Shown here in pieces: positions 38,532-47,825 of a DNA stretch of 64,000 nt; the stretch's first letter is position 1; each line of letters opens with the position of its first letter. Where the stretch lies: positions 1,856,001 to 1,920,000 of the forward strand of contig OZ219816.1 in the NCBI GenBank assembly GCA_964291235.2. The letters run 5' to 3'. This DNA is from Vicinamibacteria bacterium (GTDB lineage Bacteria; Acidobacteriota; Vicinamibacteria; Marinacidobacterales; Marinacidobacteraceae). The notes under the pieces were generated by a model, which saw nothing but the letters and a program-made list of their open reading frames with translations, ran no database searches and had not been told where the DNA came from. Both the position numbers and the translations under genes were made by a program.

Positions 38532-39925
38532 GGAACCTGTCTCCCGGAAGCCGGCCGTTGCCGGTCTCGCGACAGGATCAGGATGCGCTCTCCCGGACCG
38601 AGTGGCTCACGCAGCCAACTCCGATTCAGGGATTCCACGGCGGCGAGCGGCCCGTCGATCCTCCCCTCGGCGGCGAGTCGGTCGAGTGCGTCCCGTACCG
38701 AACCCGCCTCATCCACGGCCAGCGCGGCGATCCGCAGCGGCCCCGGCACCGGCGTGTCCCGAAGCCGGTCGGCGCTCCCGACGACAGCCATGAAAAGGGC
38801 CTCACAGGCGTCAAAGCGCCGGCGCCCGCAAGCGAGACTCACTTCCACCAGGGACCCCTCCGAGCGGAGGAGCGCGACGAGCCCGGGGGAGGCGCCGGGA
38901 ACGGTCCCGGATGCGGAACCGTTCCGGGCGCCGGGCTCCGCTCCGCGGTCCCGGTTCACCGGTACCGCATCCGGATCCACCGCGGCCCGCGGGTCCTCGG
39001 CCGACAGCGGCTGCACACGACCCCGCACCGCGGTGAAGCCGCGGAACCGGAGCGCCTCGACAAACGTCGCCTCCGCTCCGCGACCGCCCGCCGCCTGGCG
39101 GAGGCGGGCTCCCAGATCCGCCAGCTCGGCGCGGTGCTCGGCTGTCCGGCTCCCCGCCGTTGCCGCGGTGAATGCCGCCGCCGGTATCTCCCGGACGGTG
39201 AGGCCCAGTGGCTCGGCCCCTCGGATCGCGCGGAAGACGCCGCGCCCCGCGGGCTCGAACGCGCTCTCCTCCGGCAGGGACAGCCGGAGATCGGCCTTCG
39301 GCAACAGCAGTTCCGGTCCGTCTGCCACGCCGAACTCGATGGGTTCCCCGAAGAGCAGCCCGTCCAGGAGGTCCATCCAGCGCTCCCGGCCGGTGGCCGG
39401 GTCGGCAGGATCGTCCTCGGGATCCGGCTCGGCCGGCAGCGTCAGGCGGATCGGTTGCTCGACGAGCCCCTCTCCGGGCACCGGCCGGAAACCGCCGCTC
39501 GCGAAGGTCGTCGCCGCGGACTGGAACAACGCGACGAGCGCCGGCTCGCCCGGCAAGGCGGCCAGCGCGCCGCGGGAAACGAAGATCGTCCGGTCCGCGA
39601 ACAAGAACGCCGCTGGTTTCGGATCGTCGAGGACGTGAAATCGCCAGCCCTCCCCCAAAGTCGCAACCACGCCGTTTCCGGCGGCAAACAGCGGAGCCTC
39701 GGCGAGCGCTTCGAGACCGACCTCCGAAACCCGCGCAGTGAGCGCGGGGTCCCGCACGACGGGACGGCCTTCCGCGAAAGCGAGGCGGGCGCGCTCGGCG
39801 GCGTGAATCGCTGCCGCGTCGGGCGGGACCGCGACCGGGCCCGAGGTGGTCGCGCAACCCGCGCCAGCAAGGCTTCCGAGAAACGCGACGACCGGGTACA
39901 ACCCGGGAAAGAGCTTCCGGGTCAC
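38528..39925 (-). CDS. M48 peptidase-like lipoprotein lacking HExxH
   Basis: Lipobox-like LAGAGC; WRFHVLDDPKPAAF...IFVSRGALAAL resembles the M48 N-terminal region; LDGLLFGE; degenerate LysM-like end. Confidence 0.6.
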   Translation of the reverse strand: MTRKLFPGLYPVVAFLGSLAGAGCATTSGPVAVPPDAAAIHAAERARLAFAEGRPVVRDPALTARVSEVGLEALAEAPLFAAGNGVVATLGEGWRFHVLDDPKPAAFLFADRTIFVSRGALAALPGEPALVALFQSAATTFASGGFRPVPGEGLVEQPIRLTLPAEPDPEDDPADPATGRERWMDLLDGLLFGEPIEFGVADGPELLLPKADLRLSLPEESAFEPAGRGVFRAIRGAEPLGLTVREIPAAAFTAATAGSRTAEHRAELADLGARLRQAAGGRGAEATFVEALRFRGFTAVRGRVQPLSAEDPRAAVDPDAVPVNRDRGAEPGARNGSASGTVPGASPGLVALLRSEGSLVEVSLACGRRRFDACEALFMAVVGSADRLRDTPVPGPLRIAALAVDEAGSVRDALDRLAAEGRIDGPLAAVESLNRSWLREPLGPGERILILSRDRQRPASGRQVP

Positions 39926-39949
39926 GCGAATTCCAGAAGGTTCGACCGA

Positions 39950-40134
39950 TAACAGCCTGTGGTGAAACGCACGTGAGCACCGAGACAGGTGAGGCGCCCG
40001 GCTGACGAGGCGCGTGAGGGAGGAATACCGAGTGTATTTCGACCGAAACGCAACGATGAGCGCCTCGTAGAGGCGCGGTTCAGCCGGGATGGATCGCCCG
40101 TCGAATGCCGCGTGGGTTTCACCACAGGCTGTTA
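39950..40134 (-). mobile_element. MITE copy 2 (185 bp) with perfect 19-bp terminal inverted repeats starting with TA
   Basis: TAACAGCCTGTGGTGAAAC ... GTTTCACCACAGGCTGTTA; homologous to 5615-5835. Confidence 0.9.
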
Positions 40135-40198
40135 CCGGTGGAACAGTTCAGGGTGACGGGACACGAATCCCGCCCCGCGGCGGTGGCTGGAAACCCAG

Positions 40199-40456
40199 TC
40201 AGGCGTAGTAGTTCGTGTTGATGTCCCGGTAGTCGGACCACTCCTCGGGCAATTCCTCGTCCGGGAAGATGGCCGTCACCGGGCACGCCGGTTCGCAGGC
40301 ACCGCAGTCGATGCAGGTGTCGGGATCGATATAGAGCTGGGTAGCCTCTTCAAACCCGTCCTCGTCACTCGTGGGGTGGATGCAATCGACCGGACAAACG
40401 TCCACACACGCGGTATCTTTGGTCCCAATGCAGGGTTCGGCGATCCAGTAAGACAT
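40199..40456 (-). CDS. dicluster ferredoxin (7Fe FdxA-like)
   Basis: CIGTKDTACVDVCPVDC and CIDCGACEPACP; AGGAGG upstream. Confidence 0.95.
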   Translation of the reverse strand: MSYWIAEPCIGTKDTACVDVCPVDCIHPTSDEDGFEEATQLYIDPDTCIDCGACEPACPVTAIFPDEELPEEWSDYRDINTNYYA

Positions 40457-40519
40457 CGTAGGAAGCTGCCTCCTCAGACAGACACAAACAGAGTGGTCAG
40501 GGCGTTATTGGCTCCTGGC

Positions 40520-42016
40520 TCAGCCGAGTTCAAGAAGTTTCTGCGAGTACTCGGTGACCCGATCCAGGGAACCCCAGAATAGTAATCCAAGAAGGTTCGG
40601 GACGACGAGCACCGCGAGCAAACCGACATCGAGGCGGCTGAACGCGAGAGCCGGTGTTGGTCCGGATTCCTGGTCGATCACCATGATCCGCAGGACCTTC
40701 ACGTAGTAGAAGGCGGCCACCGCGCTGTTCAGCACCCCGATCACAGCGAGCCAGCCGAGGCCGGCGTTGATCACCGCCGCGAAGACGTACCACTTGGCGA
40801 GGAAGCCGGCGAAGGGGGGAATCCCCATCAAGGAGAAGAGGAAAATCCCCATCGCGACAGTGAGCAGCGGCGACCGCTTCCAAAAACCCGCGTAACCGCT
40901 GATCTCGAAGCTCCCGGTGACCCGGTGGGCCAGAATCACCACCAGGAAGGCTCCGAGGTTCATGAAGAGGTAGATGGCCAGGTAGGCCACGATGGCCTGC
41001 ACGCCTTCCACCGAAAGCACGCACGCCGCCATCAGCATGGTCCCGGCATGGGCGATCGAGGAGTAGGCGAGCAGCCGCTTCACGTTGGTCTGGAGGAGAG
41101 CCGCCACGTTCCCGAGGGTCATGGTGATGACCGAGAGGATCATCAACAGAAGCTGCCAGTCGGCGCCCCCCACCGGGGCAATCGTTCCGCCGCCCGTGGG
41201 CTCCGCCATTCCGAGGAAGAAGAAGCGGATCAGGACGGCGAACCCGGCGGCCTTCGGGCCGACCGACAAGAACGCGGTAACCGGGGTGGGGGCCCCGGTG
41301 TACACGTCGGGACACCAGAAATGGAAGGGCGCGGCGGCGATCTTGAACCCGATTCCGGCGGCGATCAGGATCAGAACGAACAGCAGCCCCGGCCCGAAAG
41401 CGCCGTCGGCCAGGGCGGCCCGCACTTCGTAGAGATCGAGGGTGCCGGTCATTCCGTAGAGGAGCGAGAGCCCGAAGAGCATGGCCCCCGTAGAGACCGC
41501 CCCGAACAGGATGTACTTGAGCGACGCCTCGTTCGAGAGTCGGTCGGAACTCAGGTAGCCCACCATGAGGTAGGAGGCCACCGAGACCGTCTCAAGCGAC
41601 AGGTAGATCATCACCAGGTTGACGGAGCCCGCCATCCACATGAGCGCCGCGGTGACGGTGAGCAGCAGCGCCACCATCTCACCCATCCGCACTCCCTCGA
41701 GTTCGCGGGAGCGCATGGTCAGGAGCAACACCACGATGGAGGTGAGAACGAAGACCACCCGGAGCACCCCGAGCAGTCCGTCGTCGGCGACCATCGAGGC
41801 GAAGAGCGCCTGCGGTTCGCCGCTGGCCCCGAGCGCCTGCCAGGAGGCCACGAGGGCTGCCACCAGTCCCGCGAGGGTGATGCCGTTCAGAAGGTTGGTG
41901 TTGTCCTTCAGCGGGCGGCGCTGGGTGAACAGATCCGCGACGATCACGAGGGCCAGAACGGCCATCAGGATCAGTTCGGGAATGAACCGGGAAAGGCTCT
42001 GAAGGGCGTCAGACAT
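40520..42016 (-). CDS. nuoN: NADH-quinone oxidoreductase subunit N
   Basis: EASLKY, FKIAAAPFHFWCPDVY, KRLLAYSSIAH, GIPPFAGFLAKW. Confidence 0.93.
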   Translation of the reverse strand: MSDALQSLSRFIPELILMAVLALVIVADLFTQRRPLKDNTNLLNGITLAGLVAALVASWQALGASGEPQALFASMVADDGLLGVLRVVFVLTSIVVLLLTMRSRELEGVRMGEMVALLLTVTAALMWMAGSVNLVMIYLSLETVSVASYLMVGYLSSDRLSNEASLKYILFGAVSTGAMLFGLSLLYGMTGTLDLYEVRAALADGAFGPGLLFVLILIAAGIGFKIAAAPFHFWCPDVYTGAPTPVTAFLSVGPKAAGFAVLIRFFFLGMAEPTGGGTIAPVGGADWQLLLMILSVITMTLGNVAALLQTNVKRLLAYSSIAHAGTMLMAACVLSVEGVQAIVAYLAIYLFMNLGAFLVVILAHRVTGSFEISGYAGFWKRSPLLTVAMGIFLFSLMGIPPFAGFLAKWYVFAAVINAGLGWLAVIGVLNSAVAAFYYVKVLRIMVIDQESGPTPALAFSRLDVGLLAVLVVPNLLGLLFWGSLDRVTEYSQKLLELG

Positions 42017-42019
42017 TGC

Positions 42020-42325
42020 CTAACCCTTGAGCTCCGCGGCGTCGTCGAGGTTCACGTGCTTCACCACCCGGTAGAGCGACATGACGATGGCGAGGGCGAC
42101 CGCCGCCTCGCAGGCGGCGATGACGATCACCAGCAACGCGAAGACCTGCCCGCCGAGCGCCCCCTCCACGAACCGTGAGAAGGCGACCAGATTGATGTTG
42201 GCCGAGTTGAAGATCAACTCGATGGACATCAGGACATTCACCGCGTTCCGCCGGGTGAGCACCCCGAAGACGCCCAGCGAGAAGAGCGCCGCGGAGATGT
42301 AGAGGTAGTGCTCCAGGGGGATCAT
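42020..42325 (-). CDS. nuoK: NADH-quinone oxidoreductase subunit K
   Basis: RRN, LMSIEL, AACEAAVALA, LKG end. Confidence 0.96.
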   Translation of the reverse strand: MIPLEHYLYISAALFSLGVFGVLTRRNAVNVLMSIELIFNSANINLVAFSRFVEGALGGQVFALLVIVIAACEAAVALAIVMSLYRVVKHVNLDDAAELKG

Positions 42326-42834
42326 GACGAACCACCTCTCCGCCGGCGGACCAGCATGGCCGCGCCCATGAGCGCAATCAGCAAGAGGACCGAGGCGATT
42401 TCGAACGGAAGCAGGTAGTCGCCGACCAGCAGTCGCCCGATGGCTTCGCTCGTGGGTCCGGGATCACCCACGTCCATGGCGCCCCAATCCACCGAACGGA
42501 TGATCCAGACGAGGAGCGCGAAGACGAGTCCCGCGGACAGCGCTCCCGGAACCACCTGGATCGCACCGGAAGAGAGATTCAGGTTGTAGATGCGGTTGGT
42601 CAGCATCACCCCGAACACCATCAGCGTGAGAACGCCGCCCACGTAGATGACCACCTGGGCGCCGGCCAGGAAATCGGCCCCGAGATAGACGTACAGGATC
42701 GCCACTCCGAAGAACGTTCCCATGAGGGCGAAAGCGCAGTGCACGAGGTTCCGGCCGAGGACTACGTAAAAGGCCGACGCGAGCATGAACGCGGCGGTCC
42801 CGTAGAAGATCGCCGCGACCCCGAGGGACTCCAT
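42322..42834 (-). CDS. nuoJ: NADH-quinone oxidoreductase subunit J
   Basis: AQVVIYVGG, YLLPFEIASVLLLIALMGA; ATG 42834. Confidence 0.94.
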   Translation of the reverse strand: MESLGVAAIFYGTAAFMLASAFYVVLGRNLVHCAFALMGTFFGVAILYVYLGADFLAGAQVVIYVGGVLTLMVFGVMLTNRIYNLNLSSGAIQVVPGALSAGLVFALLVWIIRSVDWGAMDVGDPGPTSEAIGRLLVGDYLLPFEIASVLLLIALMGAAMLVRRRRGGSS

Positions 42835-42853
42835 CGTCTTCCTTCTCTTCCCG

Positions 42854-43384
42854 TCAGGCGCCGGCCCGTCGAGCCGGCGGAGCGGCGGGCTCCGCGGTCC
42901 GCGGCTCCTTCGCGAACCGGTAGAGGAGGTCTCCCTTCGTCTTCCCGCCGAACTCATAGTTCGGAGTCATCTCGATGCAGTCGGTCGGGCACGGGAAGAC
43001 GCAGAGCTGGCAGTAGCAGCAAAGCGACATGTCGATATCGAACTTCACCACCGTCTGCTTGATGGCCGTCCCGTCGGCCGCAAAGATCGGCGGTGCGTCG
43101 CGGGCCCGCTTCTCGTTGTCGATGTGGATGCAGTCCACCGGGCAGGCGCGTTCGCACTGCTTGCACCCGATGCAGTCCTCGATCTTGACGTGGAGCCGCA
43201 TCCGCGAGCGATCCATCAACGACTCCTTGGGGATGTCGAGCGGCGAACGCCAGCGTTCCTCGGGAAGCTCGTCGGCGGAGTATTGCTGGGTCACGGAACG
43301 CGTGAAAACGTGCCGGAGGGTCACCCCCATCCCGATCAGAACCGTGCTGACGGTTTCCCAGAGGTCAACGAAATACCGCTTCAT
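42854..43384 (-). CDS. nuoI: NADH-quinone oxidoreductase subunit I
   Basis: [12 protein letters not shown] and [17 protein letters not shown]. Confidence 0.92.
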   Translation of the reverse strand: MKRYFVDLWETVSTVLIGMGVTLRHVFTRSVTQQYSADELPEERWRSPLDIPKESLMDRSRMRLHVKIEDCIGCKQCERACPVDCIHIDNEKRARDAPPIFAADGTAIKQTVVKFDIDMSLCCYCQLCVFPCPTDCIEMTPNYEFGGKTKGDLLYRFAKEPRTAEPAAPPARRAGA

Positions 43385-43385
43385 G

Positions 43386-43610
43386 TCATCCCGCGGAGAA
43401 AGCGCTCCGCGTCGTGGTCAAAACGGGGTTCACACCCGAAGCCGAATGTAGTCCGCATGCGGAGCGCTTTTTCCCCGGGATGATGCCGCGGATCGCTCTG
43501 CGATCCACGACATCCTTCCTCGCGGGGAGGGGAAACCCCTCCCCGCACCCCACCCCCGCGGCGCTGGGCGCCGCGACGGACCGGTAAGACGTTTTGCTCA
43601 CAGGCTGATA
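43386..43610. other. structured intergenic element (four hairpins) between nuoH and nuoI
   Basis: About 27-bp imperfect stem 43386-43483; GGATCGC/GCGATCC; GCGGGGAGGGG/CCCCTCCCCGC; CGCGGCGC/GCGCCGCG; MITE-end-like TTTTGCTCACAGGCTGATA. Confidence 0.65.
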
Positions 43611-43616
43611 TCCCCC

Positions 43617-44768
43617 TCAGAACAGTCCCTTGATCACGGTGGTCGCGATCAGGAGGAAGAACGAGATCGGGATCACGTACTTCCAGCAGACGCCCATCAA
43701 CTGGTCCACCCGGAGCCGCGGAAGGGTCCAGCGGAGCCACATCTGCACCACCACCAGTCCAAACCCCTTGAGGAAGAACAACAAGGGGTTCGACCCGAAG
43801 GGCCCGATCCAGCCCCCAAGGAACAGCAGCGCCGCCAGCATCGAAACCAGCAGCATGTTCCCGTATTCGGCCAGGAAGAAGAACGCGAACCGCATCCCGC
43901 TGTACTCGGTGTGGAAACCGGCCACCAACTCCGACTCCGCTTCCGGGATGTCGAAGGGGGTGCGGTTCGTCTCGGCGAGGCCGCAGATGAAGAACAGGAC
44001 GAAAGCGATCAGGTTGAGCGGGAAGAGCTGGAAGATGAGCCAGTCGCCGACCCCCAGGATTCCTCCCGACTGGGCAGCCACGATGTCGGGGATGTGGAGG
44101 CTCCCGACCTGGGCAACCACCACCAGGATCAGGATCGCCGTCGGGATCTCGTAGCTGACCATCTGGGCAGCGGCGCGCATGCCCCCGTAGAGCGCGTACT
44201 TGTTGTTCGAGCCCCAGCCCGCCATCAGCACCGCGAGCGCCCCCAACGAGGTGATCGCGATGAAGTAGAGAACCCCGATATTCAGGTTGGAGACCGCGAG
44301 GACCACCCCGTCTTCGCGAACTCCCCAGGGAACGACGGCAAAGGCCGCAAACGCACTCGCGATCGCAAGCATCGGGGCCGCCCGGAAGAGAACCCGGTCC
44401 GCATCGCGGGGAATGAGATCTTCCTTGAAGAGCAGCTTCACCCCATCGGCGAAGCTCTGGAGCAGTCCGTGCCAGCCCACCCGCATCGGACCGAGCCGGT
44501 CCTGGACGTGGGCCGCGACCTTCCGCTCGAGCCAGATCGAATAGATGGGATTGAGCGCGAGGATGCCCACAAAGCCAACCGTGCCCAGCAGCACCACCAC
44601 GAGATGCTGCAGGCCGGCCGGCACGAAATCGCCGACCAGTTCGGAAATCATGGCGGCGAGCATGGGGAGCGCCGCGATCGTGCCGAGCACCACGAAAACC
44701 AGCACGATGGGGATCATCGTGAGCGGCCCCATGAGCCGCATCTCGATCTGGCGGAACCGGGTAATCAC
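43617..44768 (-). CDS. nuoH: NADH-quinone oxidoreductase subunit H
   Basis: ERKV..QDRLGP, ADGVKL, SYE, AETNRTPFDIPEAESELVAGFHTEYSG; GTG 44768 overlaps nuoD stop. Confidence 0.95.
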   Translation of the reverse strand: MITRFRQIEMRLMGPLTMIPIVLVFVVLGTIAALPMLAAMISELVGDFVPAGLQHLVVVLLGTVGFVGILALNPIYSIWLERKVAAHVQDRLGPMRVGWHGLLQSFADGVKLLFKEDLIPRDADRVLFRAAPMLAIASAFAAFAVVPWGVREDGVVLAVSNLNIGVLYFIAITSLGALAVLMAGWGSNNKYALYGGMRAAAQMVSYEIPTAILILVVVAQVGSLHIPDIVAAQSGGILGVGDWLIFQLFPLNLIAFVLFFICGLAETNRTPFDIPEAESELVAGFHTEYSGMRFAFFFLAEYGNMLLVSMLAALLFLGGWIGPFGSNPLLFFLKGFGLVVVQMWLRWTLPRLRVDQLMGVCWKYVIPISFFLLIATTVIKGLF

Positions 44769-45982
44769 CGGTCGATCTCCCCGAGGACGATGTCCAGACT
44801 GCCGATGATGGCGATGATGTCGGCGATCATCTCGCCGCGGGTGATCTCGTGGAAGAGCCCCATAGCGACGAAACAGGGGGAGCGGCCCTTCACCCGGTAG
44901 GGGATGGGTTTCTTGTTTTCGGCAACGATGTAGAACGCCAACTCGCCCCGGGGCGCCTCGCTCCGGCAGTACGCCTCGCCGGCCAACGGCCGGACGAACC
45001 GCGGCACGTTCTCGTGCACGTCGCCCTCCGACGGCAGCCGGTCGAGCGCCTGGCGGACGATCTTGACACTCTCGTACATCTCGCGTACGCGGACGAAGTA
45101 CCGGTCCCAGCACGAACCGACGGGGCCGTGCGGGCTGTCGGCGACGACGACGTTGAAGTCGTAGTTTTCGTAGCCCAGATAGGGGTCGTCCCGCCGCAGG
45201 TCCCAGTCGATCCCGGAGCCGCGCAGGTTCGGACCGGAGAGCGCGTAGTCCTTCGCCATCTCCGGCGTGATGATCCCGATATCGGCGGTCCGGCGGATGA
45301 AGATCTTGTTGTGGCTGAGGAGCTTGTCCACCTCGTCCAGCACCGGCACGAACTCGTCGAGGAAGCGCCGGCACTTGTCGGTCCAGCCCTCGGGCAGGTC
45401 GTGGGAAACGCCGCCGACCCAGTTGTAGTTGTAGAGCAGGCGGGCGCCGCAGAGCCACTCGAAGAGATCGAGGACCCGCTCGCGCTGCTGGAAACAGAGC
45501 AGGAACGGCGTGAAGGCGCCGATGTCCATCCCGTAGGTGCCCATCGCGAGCAGGTGGCTCGCGATCCGCTGCAGTTCCGCGGTGATCACGCGGATCCCGG
45601 CGACCCGCTCGCCGACTCCGATGCCGAGCAGTTTCTCGACGGTGAGCGCGTACGCCAGGCTGTTCCCCATCGACCCGACGTAGTCCATCCGGTCGGTGAA
45701 GGGGATGACGCCCTGGTAGTCGATGTTCTCGGCGTGCTTTTCGAAATTCCGGTGCAGGTAGCCGATGTGGGGCCGGGAATCCTTGACGATCTCTCCGTCG
45801 GTCTTGAGCTCCACCCGCAGCACGCCGTGCGTGGAGGGGTGCTGGGGCCCCATGTTGAGGATCATCTCGTCCTCTTCGAGGTCCTCGGGAGAGAACGCGT
45901 AGGAGTTGTCGGGCGGCAGTTCCTCGTCGTAGAGGGTGACGGCCGGAGCGCCGTCGAAGCCTGTGGAGCCCGGTTTGTCCAT
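44765..45982 (-). CDS. nuoD: NADH-quinone oxidoreductase subunit D
   Basis: NMGPQHPSTHGVLR, GYLHR, DRMDY, EAPRGE, GEIDR end. Confidence 0.96.
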   Translation of the reverse strand: MDKPGSTGFDGAPAVTLYDEELPPDNSYAFSPEDLEEDEMILNMGPQHPSTHGVLRVELKTDGEIVKDSRPHIGYLHRNFEKHAENIDYQGVIPFTDRMDYVGSMGNSLAYALTVEKLLGIGVGERVAGIRVITAELQRIASHLLAMGTYGMDIGAFTPFLLCFQQRERVLDLFEWLCGARLLYNYNWVGGVSHDLPEGWTDKCRRFLDEFVPVLDEVDKLLSHNKIFIRRTADIGIITPEMAKDYALSGPNLRGSGIDWDLRRDDPYLGYENYDFNVVVADSPHGPVGSCWDRYFVRVREMYESVKIVRQALDRLPSEGDVHENVPRFVRPLAGEAYCRSEAPRGELAFYIVAENKKPIPYRVKGRSPCFVAMGLFHEITRGEMIADIIAIIGSLDIVLGEIDR

Positions 45983-45991
45983 TCCGCTTCC

Positions 45992-46543
45992 TCAGTCGAA
46001 GGGGCCGACGCCCGTCATCTGACCGCTCTCGGCGCGGTCGGTCATCTGGCGCCCCGCCTTCACCGGGATCTTGTGCCAGGTTTCGGGCCACTCCCAGTCG
46101 CGAAGCAGCGGGTGCCCGGGCCAGTCGTTCGGCAACAGGATGCGCCGGAGATCGCTGTGTCCCTCGAAGCGGACACCGAAGAGGTCGTACGCCTCCCGCT
46201 CGTGCCAATTCGCCGTCTTCCAGACATTTTCCAGCGTCGGAAGGCTGGCGCCCTCCCGCTCCACCCGGGTCTTCACGACGATCCAGTGCTTTTTCGTCAT
46301 GGACGTGAGGTGGTACACCATCTCGATAGCGGGCGGATCGTCACCGGGCCAGTCCACGCCGGAAACGCAGTGGAGGGTGTCGAAGTCGAGATCCGGATCC
46401 GCCTTCAGAAACTCCGCGGCTGCGAGCAACCGGTCTCCCGGGAGGCGGATCCACGGATCCTTCGCTTCCGCATCGGACTCGAACGAGCCCTCGGCGAGGC
46501 CGAGCCCTGCCGCCAGGCGCTCGATGATCTCGGCGCCCCTCAC
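45992..46543 (-). CDS. nuoC: NADH-quinone oxidoreductase subunit C
   Basis: [33 protein letters not shown]. Confidence 0.94.
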   Translation of the reverse strand: MRGAEIIERLAAGLGLAEGSFESDAEAKDPWIRLPGDRLLAAAEFLKADPDLDFDTLHCVSGVDWPGDDPPAIEMVYHLTSMTKKHWIVVKTRVEREGASLPTLENVWKTANWHEREAYDLFGVRFEGHSDLRRILLPNDWPGHPLLRDWEWPETWHKIPVKAGRQMTDRAESGQMTGVGPFD

Positions 46544-47121
46544 CCGGCAGTCTCCATGACCCGGGGCTCCGGGGGCTGTCTCCCGGCCGACGAACTCTCG
46601 GCGGGCAAGGCAGCTCGCCCCTCACGCGGATCATCGAGAAGCGACCTCTCCCGGATCCGGTCCTGAAGCGCCATGATGCCGTAGAGGAGGGCCTCCGGCC
46701 GCGGCGGACAACCCGGCACATACACGTCCACCGGGATGATCTGGTCCACGCCCTTCACCACGTGGTAGCCATACTGCCAGTAGGGGCCACCGTTGTTGGC
46801 GCAACTGCCCATGGAGATCACGTACTTGGGCTCTGGCATCTGGTCGTAGAGCGTCTTGATCCGGATCGCCATCTTGTGGGTTACGGTGCCGGCGACGATC
46901 ATGCAGTCGGACTGCCGGGGCGTGGCCCGCGGAATCAACCCGAGGCGGTCCCAGTCGAAACGGCTCGCGCCGGTTGCCATCATCTCGATGGCGCAACAGG
47001 CAAGACCGAAGGTCATCGGCCAGATCGCCGACAGCCGCGCCCAGTTGACGATCGCGCTGACGGTCGTGAGCGCTACGTTGTCCCTGCCGAGTCCCTTGCC
47101 GAGGGCGCCGATCAGATCCAC
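46540..47121 (-). CDS. nuoB: NADH-quinone oxidoreductase subunit B
   Basis: [26 protein letters not shown]. Confidence 0.96.
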   Translation of the reverse strand: MDLIGALGKGLGRDNVALTTVSAIVNWARLSAIWPMTFGLACCAIEMMATGASRFDWDRLGLIPRATPRQSDCMIVAGTVTHKMAIRIKTLYDQMPEPKYVISMGSCANNGGPYWQYGYHVVKGVDQIIPVDVYVPGCPPRPEALLYGIMALQDRIRERSLLDDPREGRAALPAESSSAGRQPPEPRVMETAG

Positions 47122-47161
47122 ACGGACTCTCCGTTCAACGGCCCCTCGAACGCCCGGAGCC

Positions 47162-47590
47162 TCAGGCGGCCGCCCCCGAGGTGGAAGAGGCCGATGGGCC
47201 GGAACGAGCCTTGAGCGCCCGCCGGTCTTCCTCGCGGACCCACTCCAGATCGCCCTTCACCCAGACATCGGCGAGCCCGAGAACCAGCATGCCGATAAAG
47301 ATGAGCCCCGCGATCAGCGCTCCCGCGCCGAGATCGAGATAGGCGAGCGCCCAGGGAAGCAGCATGACCGCTTCCACATCAAAAATGAGAAACACCAAGG
47401 CGAAGACGTAGAACCGGATGTTGAATTGCACGCCCCAGGGAGTCCCCACCGGATTTTCGCCACACTCGTAAGGCTGCGACTTGCTGCTGAGCGGCAGCGA
47501 GGGGCGAACCAGCGAGGAGACGAACAGGGTGACGCCCACGAAGAGCACGCCGACCGCGATCGCGACCAGCGGTCCCAGGTATTCGCCCAT
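47162..47590 (-). CDS. nuoA: NADH-quinone oxidoreductase subunit A
   Basis: [28 protein letters not shown]; ATG 47590. Confidence 0.95.
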   Translation of the reverse strand: MGEYLGPLVAIAVGVLFVGVTLFVSSLVRPSLPLSSKSQPYECGENPVGTPWGVQFNIRFYVFALVFLIFDVEAVMLLPWALAYLDLGAGALIAGLIFIGMLVLGLADVWVKGDLEWVREEDRRALKARSGPSASSTSGAAA

Positions 47591-47683
47591 GAAATTCGAA
47601 AAATCCGCCGCCTCGACTGTCCGGGCCGCGGAACGCACAGAATTCTAGCGGGCGGCCGGACGGTAGGTAAAGACCAAAACGTC

Positions 47684-47730
47684 GGAGCGCCGACCTCCGG
47701 TCGGCATCGCCAGCCGCCCGGCTGGCGAAC
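47684..47730 (+). repeat. REP double-hairpin unit with compensatory changes
   Basis: GGAGC-GCCGACC-TCC-GGTCGGC-A-TCGCCAGCC-GCCC-GGCTGGCGA. Confidence 0.75.
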
Positions 47731-47825
47731 AAAGGCGCCGCCCACATTCATGTTTTGCCGAGACGTTCCACGCCGCTAACACTACGCCCCAGGGCCTCCA
47801 CCATCCACCACTTTCTGCCGCCGCC

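Noticed and set aside
43617-46208. 863-aa NuoH with long N-terminal extension
   Set aside because: Extension is an off-frame read of nuoC/nuoD; nuoH most plausibly starts at 44768 or slightly downstream
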